Below are positions 52,106 to 64,000 of a stretch of 64,000 nt of DNA, piece by piece (position 1 is the first letter of the stretch; each line of letters starts with the position of its first letter). The position numbers and the translations under genes are program-made. The notes below the pieces were generated by a model. The model saw nothing but the letters and a program-made list of their open reading frames with translations. It was not told where the DNA came from and made no database searches. This stretch comes from Octopus vulgaris (Eukaryota), in assembly GCA_951406725.2 (NCBI GenBank), contig OX597818.1, forward strand, positions 2,108,001 to 2,172,000. Direction: 5' to 3'.

Positions 52106-52405
52106 TAAAAGGTGTTTTTTTCTAATATTTTATGTATATGTATGTATATATATAGTGGTATAAATATCAACACACTTATTTCTCCTTCCTCCTTTATTTT
52201 CTCCTCTCTTCCCTTCTTCAAACTCACAGACACCCACACACACACACACACACACACAGACACAGACACACACACACACACACACACACTATCTTTCTCT
52301 CTCACAATGATAAAAAGAAATATAATTTATGGGCTACCTCCCCACCACCACACACTCAATAACACTATGAAATGGTCAAAACTGAAATTATTTTTCCCCA
52401 AGATC
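50770..52405. mobile_element. Older imperfect fold-back element (PLE-type) with one-sided tail
   Basis: 51217-51325 inverted versus 52300-52405 and 51495-51730 inverted versus 51900-52185. Confidence 0.65.
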
Positions 52406-53294
52406 GTATATATATTTATATATGCATGTATATATACATGTAGATGTAGGTACGTACATACATGTTTGTATGCATGCATATATTTTATTTATTACATTAT
52501 TGTCTGACAGCGCGTTCGCGTCAGGGTCGATTCGATTCGTCGTTTCTTTCCACTTCCCTTCTTCCCAGTTTTGTTATATATAATTGATACGCGAAATTCC
52601 CTCCCTTTGCTTTGCCTTCCCCGCTCTCTCTCTTGCTCACTCTTTCCCCTTCTCTCTCTTGCCGCTTCTCTTCTTCTATCTCTCTCTCTCTCCCTCTCTC
52701 TTCCTCATCTTCGCCACTCGTGGCCACTTCCTTTCGCCTCCTGCTTTCAAGCTGAAAGGACGTGTTCCCTTGCGCTGCTACTACAACATCCTCGTCTTGC
52801 CAAACAAAGGCCTTTTCGTTTTGTTTTTCTCGTTTGTTTTCTTGTCTTTTGATTTCTCGTATTGTATTTTCTTTTTATTTCTCGTTTTGTATTTTCTTGT
52901 ACGTGTATTTTTATCGTGTATTTTATTTTGCATTTGTGTCGTTTTTACGTCACATGTTTTTTTTGTCTGTTTTTGCCCCTAGGCGAGGCAATTTTGTTTT
53001 AATTCTCTCGCAATGAAGGACTAGTTGACGAGTCGTGTCCTGTTTTATCCTTCGAAACACGCTTGAGTTAGCTAGAGACAGCTGATTAACTGGGGATTTT
53101 TCCTGTGTGGTTTGTCCTGTACCTTGTTTTTCTGTTGTAAAAAATAATGTTTTTCCCATTTCCGTTTCGTCTCTGACTTTTTGTTGTAAAAATATGGCTT
53201 GTCCGTTTTCGTTTTTCGTTGAGTTCTACGTCTAGTTGCAGTGTCCTGTACTCACGTATATATATTTATATATACATGTAGATGTAGGTACGTA
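52405..53294 (+). mobile_element. Second copy of the terminal-direct-repeat element (see 2804-3654)
   Basis: catgtagatgtaggtacgta terminal repeat at both ends; internal homology (tgtctgacagcgc, aattctctcgca..ccttcgaaac). Confidence 0.6.
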
Positions 53295-53394
53295 NNNNNN
53301 NNNNNNNNNNNNNNNNNNNNNNNNNNNNNNNNNNNNNNNNNNNNNNNNNNNNNNNNNNNNNNNNNNNNNNNNNNNNNNNNNNNNNNNNNNNNNN
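53295..53394. other. Assembly gap (100 N)
   Basis: Run of N. Confidence 1.
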
Positions 53395-55530
53395 CTGGCA
53401 TTTGCGTAACTCTCGATGCCAAAGTTCAGGACACTTCCCTCCAGGATCTTCCAGATGTATATTATGGCATATCTTTCCCGCCTACGCTCCAGGGAATATA
53501 ATTTTAATCTCTTGAGTCTTTCCCAGTAGCTTACATTCTGCATAGAGGCTATCTTCTTTGTGTAGCTTCGTTGGATCGCCTCAAGTTCTGTGATCAACTT
53601 GACACTGGATGGTGACCATAGCTGAGAGCAATAGTCAAAGTGGCTTAGGACAAGTGTCTTCCAGAGGACCATCATGGTTTCTTGTTCTCTTGTTCTAAAG
53701 GTTCTAAGAATCCATCCAGCCAGCCGTCTACATTTCATTGTCAGTTTAGCAACATGTATATGAAAGGTCGCGTCATCACTCATGTGAATACCCAGGTCAC
53801 GCACTGATTGTGCCTCTGGGATTGCAATCCCTCCGGGTCCAGTGTATTCATTGGGTATTGCATTCAGTTTTGCATGCTGATAGTATAAAGCTTGAAACTT
53901 TCCAGCATTGAACTGCATGCTATTCTTTTCAGCCCACTTGTATATTTCGTCTAGCTCACATTGCAGGTGTTTTGTGTCCTCAGGGTTCTGTATTGCCTGT
54001 GAGACTTTTGTATCATCTGCATAACTTGTGATCGTGGCTCTCTGCGTGGCTGAGGGCATGTCTGAGAGGGCCATTATGAACAGTAGTGGTCCCAGAACAG
54101 TGCCCTGCGGAACACCGCTCACTATTTGTGTGTTAATGGAGGTGGCCCCATTGGCTACTACCACCTGACTTCTATCCTTCAGAAAGTCATGAAGCCATTC
54201 TCCCAGTTTTCCAACTATGTTGAGATCACGCAGTTTGTGACATATCATTCCATGATCGACTTTATCAAAGGCCTTTGCAAAGTCGAGATATATCACTTCC
54301 ACATTTGAGTGGTTGAGCAGCCGTTTCAGCACCCAGTCATAGTGTTGTAGGAGCTGAGTTAAACAGCTTCTCCCTGGTCGGAAACCATGTTGGGTGTCGG
54401 GCAGCAAGTCATTCTCTTCAAGGAAGGTGATCAGCTTCCTTCTGACTATTCGTTCCATGACCTTGCTGATGTGTGAGGTCAGAGAGATAGGTCTATAGTT
54501 CTTGGCTTCCGCTCTGCTACCTCCTTTATGAATGGGGCATATTTTACCTTCCTTCAGTTTTCCTGGAAGTTTGCCAGCTGCAAGGAAGCTCTGAAAGAGG
54601 AACTGCAGTGGTCTTGCTAGGACTCTCTTACATGCTTTTAGGAGGATTGCCGGGAATCCATCAGGGCCAGTAGCTGAGTCTGTTTTCATTTCATCTATAG
54701 CCTTGGTTACATCGTTTTCCTTTATATCGATGTAATCTATCGTCGCGGACCTCTGATTTTATATCTGCAGTGGTAAAAAAGTCAGTTGGATTGGTGATTT
54801 GGAGATGCCCAAGGGGTGGAGTGAAAACACTCTTGAATTGCTCATTCAGTATTTCACTTACCCTCATTGGTTTTCCTGTAAGTGTGCCATCCTTTTCGAG
54901 GAGTGGCCCTATTCTACAGTGCACTGTAGCTGTTTCTTTGGCATACCTGTAGAAAGCTCTGGGGTTAGATTTTATGTTTTCTATAGCCCAGGCTTCTTTG
55001 TCTGCTCTTTCTTTTTCATGGGAGAGTTGCAGACATTTTTCGATTTCCAACAGTTTTATTTTTAGGCGGGACTTTTCACTGCTTTCAATCTGTTTGTTTA
55101 GGCGATTTGAAAATTTCGTACGCCGTCTCATTAAAATTTTCCTCTCTCTGGGGATTTTGTTCTTGTGTACAGTGGCCTTTCTCTCTGGGACACATTTGTA
55201 GCATATGGCTTGCATTACAGACATGAATTGTTGAAGTTTCACGTCGATGTCTGGCGAGGAGAGACATTCAGGCCAGTTTTGTTTGAGGATCTCTTTCTCA
55301 ATTTGTTTCCAGTTTGCCTTATGGTAGTTCAAGCTGGAAAGATTTTGAGGTTTCTTGTAGGCTGCATGTCCGTGCTCTCTTTTGGCCCGTACATGGTCAG
55401 CTCTATCATGTTGTGATCCGAGAGTAGTGTCGGTGTCACTTTCACATTATGGATGAGATCCATGTCATTTGTGAAGCAGAGATCCAGTGTGTTACCTGCC
55501 CTGGTTGGTTGGAGTATTACCTGCTCCATG
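53395..55530 (-). mobile_element. Young CR1-group LINE ORF2 (end of APE + RT), frameshifted, cut by the gap
   Basis: [78 protein letters not shown]. Confidence 0.95.
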
Positions 55531-55532
55531 TA

Positions 55533-56052
<520 letters not shown>

Positions 56053-57080
56053 ACCTGCAATGTGAGCTGGACGAAATATACAAGTGGGCTGAAAAGAATA
56101 GCATGCAGTTCAATGATGAAGCCAAGCTGCTGTACAATCTTTATGTGCCATGCACAAAAAAGATGCAATACCCAATGCTCTTTCGACAACATCATGTTGG
56201 CTGTTTGCAATCCCAGAGGCACAACATCTGCGTGACCTCCGCTTTGGGGCATGAGTGGTGACGTAGTCCATCCCTTTCTTTGTGTTGATGGTTTGTCCAT
56301 CTGCCTCGTGTCTAAACTGACAGGGTGAAATGTGACGGCGGCTGGCTGCACCTTCCTTTCCGTGCCAGCAGGAACCTCTCAGGTAGAACATACACACCCG
56401 TGTGCGCTGTTTGGTTCCATCCTTTGCGGTTCCACTTCTAAGCTCACTGGTTGTTTCACTCTTTGGTCCTCAGCTATGAGCTTTTTCTTTTCCTTTAGCT
56501 CTTCCAGTCCTTCTTTTAGTTCTTCTTCCTTGAGGCGATCCAACGAAGCTACACAAAGAAGATAGCCTCTATGCAGAATGTAAGCTACTGGGAAAGACTC
56601 AAGAGATTAAAATTATACTCCCTGGAGCGTAGGCGGGAAAGATATGCCATAATATACATCTGGAAGATCCTGGAGGGAAGTGTCCTGAACTTTGGCATCG
56701 AGAGTTACGCAAATGCCAGAACTGGGCGCCACTGCGTGGTGCCTAGGACTCCAAACCTGCCATCAAGATGTAGGACAAGATTCTGTGATAGCCTGGGCTT
56801 CCGAGGCCCACAGCTCTTCAATATCCTCCCGAAGAACCTGAGAGACCTGCATGGGGTGGATACAGATGTCTTTAAAATGAAGCTGGATCTCTTCCTGTCA
56901 GGTGTCCCAGATGAACCAACTTCACGGCAGGAGGGGCAGATGAGGGCAGCTGCATCGAACTCTCTCATGCACCAAATAGCAGTTGCTAGAAAGCCTCCAT
57001 GAAGTGAAACCAAGTAGCAACACCAAATGGCGGTGCCCCAGCATGGCCACAGCTCATAGGCTGGAACTGGAATCAATCAA
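56053..57080 (+). mobile_element. 3' end of the same CR1-group LINE with (CAAT)n tail; 56114-56533 is mosaic
   Basis: 56534-56719 is almost the exact reverse complement of 53395-53580; YWERLKRLKLYSLERRRER; tail gaatcaatcaatcaatc. Confidence 0.88.
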
Positions 57081-62137
<5,057 letters not shown>

Positions 62138-62140
<3 letters not shown>

Positions 62141-64000
62141 CCTTAAATCCTTAAAAATGTTTTAGCCCGAAGGCCGCGGCCATGCTGGGGCACCACCGCT
62201 GAATGAGCTACACTAGTTTGTGAATCCACCTCTGATACGTGGCACTTGATCAACAAGGGAGTTCGATGCTGCTGCCCGCATCCGTGTCTCCTGTCGTGAG
62301 GTAGGTTCATCTGGGACTCCCAACAAGAAGAGATCCAGTTTAGTTTTAAAGAAACCCACATCCACACCATGTAAGTCTCTCAGGCATTTAGGGAGGATGT
62401 TAAAGAGCTGTGGTCCTCTGAAACCCAAGCTGTTGCAGTATCTGGACCTGTATTTTGATGGTGATGTTGGAATCCTTGGCACCACGCAGCGGCGCCCGTT
62501 CTGCGGTTGGAGTAACTTTGAATGCCAAAGTTTGGGACAAGACCCTCCAGGATTTTCCAGATGTATATCACTGCATATCTCTCCCGCCTCCGCTCCAGGG
62601 AGAAGAGGTTTAATACCTTCAGTCTTTCCCAGTAGCTGACATTTTGCATTGAGACGATTTTCTTTGTGTAGCTTCTCTGAGTTGCTTCGAGTTCTGCTGT
62701 TTGTTTTATATTGTGTGGTGACCAAAGTTGGGAGCAGTAGTCCAAGCGGCTGAGGACAAATGTTTTCCATAGGACCATCAGTGTCTCCTTCTCTCTTGTT
62801 CTGAAAGTTCGGAGAATCCATCCAGCTAGCCGTCTGCATTTTATCACCAGATTAGCAATATGCATTTGGAAAGATGCATCATTGCTCATGTCAATGCCCA
62901 GGTCACGCACTGATTTTGACTCAGGGATTGCAATTCTTCCTGGGCCAGTGTATCCAGTCTTCACGTCATTTACCTTTGTGTGCCAGTAGCGCAGGGCCTG
63001 GAACTTACCTGCATTAAACTGCATGTTGTTGTCCTCAGCCCACCTGTATATTGTGTCCAGCTCATGTTGCAGATGCGCAATATTTTCAGGGTTTTGTATT
63101 GCGTGGGAGACTTTTGTGTCATCTGCATAGCTAGCAAGGGTGGTCATCGTCAGCAACTGAAGGCATGTCTGAAAGGGCCACTATGAACATCAGTGGCCCC
63201 AAGACAGTGCCCTGTGGGACACCGCTTGTTATTTGCGTTTCCCTGAGGTGGCTCCATTGCTCACAACTGCCTGTTTTCTGTCTTTTAGGAAGTTGTGCAG
63301 CCACTCTCCAAGTTTCCCGCCTATGCCGAGACCACGCAGTTTGTGACAGATCATACCATGGTCGACTTTATCAAAGGCTTTTGCAAAGTCAAGATATATT
63401 ACATCCACATTTGAGCCATTTAGTAGCTGTTTCAACACCCAGTCATAGTGTTGCAGGAGCTGTGTTAGGCAGCCTCTACCTGGTCGAAATCCATGCTGGG
63501 TGTCAGACAGTAAGTCATTTTCTTCAAGGAACATGATTAGTTTCTTACGGACTATTCGTTCCATGACTTTGCTGATGTGTGAGGTCAGAGAGATAGGCCT
63601 ATAATTTTTAGCATCTGCTCTGCTACCTCCCTTATGAATAGGGCATATTACCCCCTCTTTCAGTTTGACTGGGAGCTTACCACTTGCAAGAAAGCTCTGA
63701 AAAAGAAGCTGTAGCGGTTTTGCAAGGGCTCGTTTGCACGATTTGAGAAGGATCGCTGGGAATCCATCAGGTCCAGCAGCTGAGTTTGTGTCAATCTCAT
63801 CAATGGCTAGTGTGATATCATCTTCTTCGATGTTGATGTACTCAATTTTTGTCTCTTTGGCCGCTGGTAAAGTGGCAAAGAATTCTTCTGGGTTGTTTAC
63901 TTGCCTGTGTCCTAGAGGTGTAGTGAACACACTTTGGAACTGTTCGTTCAGTATTTCACTTATCCTCGTGGGATTTCCTGTGAGAGAGCCATCTTTTGGA
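62138..64000 (-). mobile_element. CR1-group LINE, sister subfamily, 3' ~1.9 kb with frameshifts
   Basis: GPDGFP, NYRPISLTS, YLDFAKAFDKVDH, YADDTK, SLERRRER; short (ttaaggat)-type tail; runs off the window. Confidence 0.95.

Noticed and set aside
53232-54689. Intact active LINE ORF2
   Set aside because: 5'-truncated, frameshifted near 54750 and 55330, and read through an N gap.

Overview
AT-rich, microsatellite-dense, intron-rich eukaryotic DNA. The repeat content suggests a coleoid cephalopod (octopus-like); this is inference, not a database match. One host gene is supported: seven phase-compatible GT-AG exons on the + strand (18093-50345) encode the prodomain, furin site and first half of the catalytic domain of a reprolysin (M12B, ADAM/ADAMTS-like) metalloprotease. 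Its signal-peptide and zinc-motif exons were not found in the window. The rest is mostly transposon debris: Penelope-like elements (PLEs), RTE, CR1-like, R4/Dong and HERO LINEs, two Tc1/mariner relics, nested and tandem non-autonomous Helitrons, SINEs, a 100-N gap and a ~5 kb (TA)n array. The most notable hidden layer is RNA-structural. At least three unrelated PLE-type repeat families carry minimal type I hammerhead ribozyme folds, mostly inside long fold-back palindromes (324 bp and ~1.23 kb arms). One family fuses a tRNA-like Pol III head directly upstream of its hammerhead. Two short RTE-related elements begin with a candidate HDV-like fold. Most ORFs in the supplied track are microsatellite translations and are rejected.
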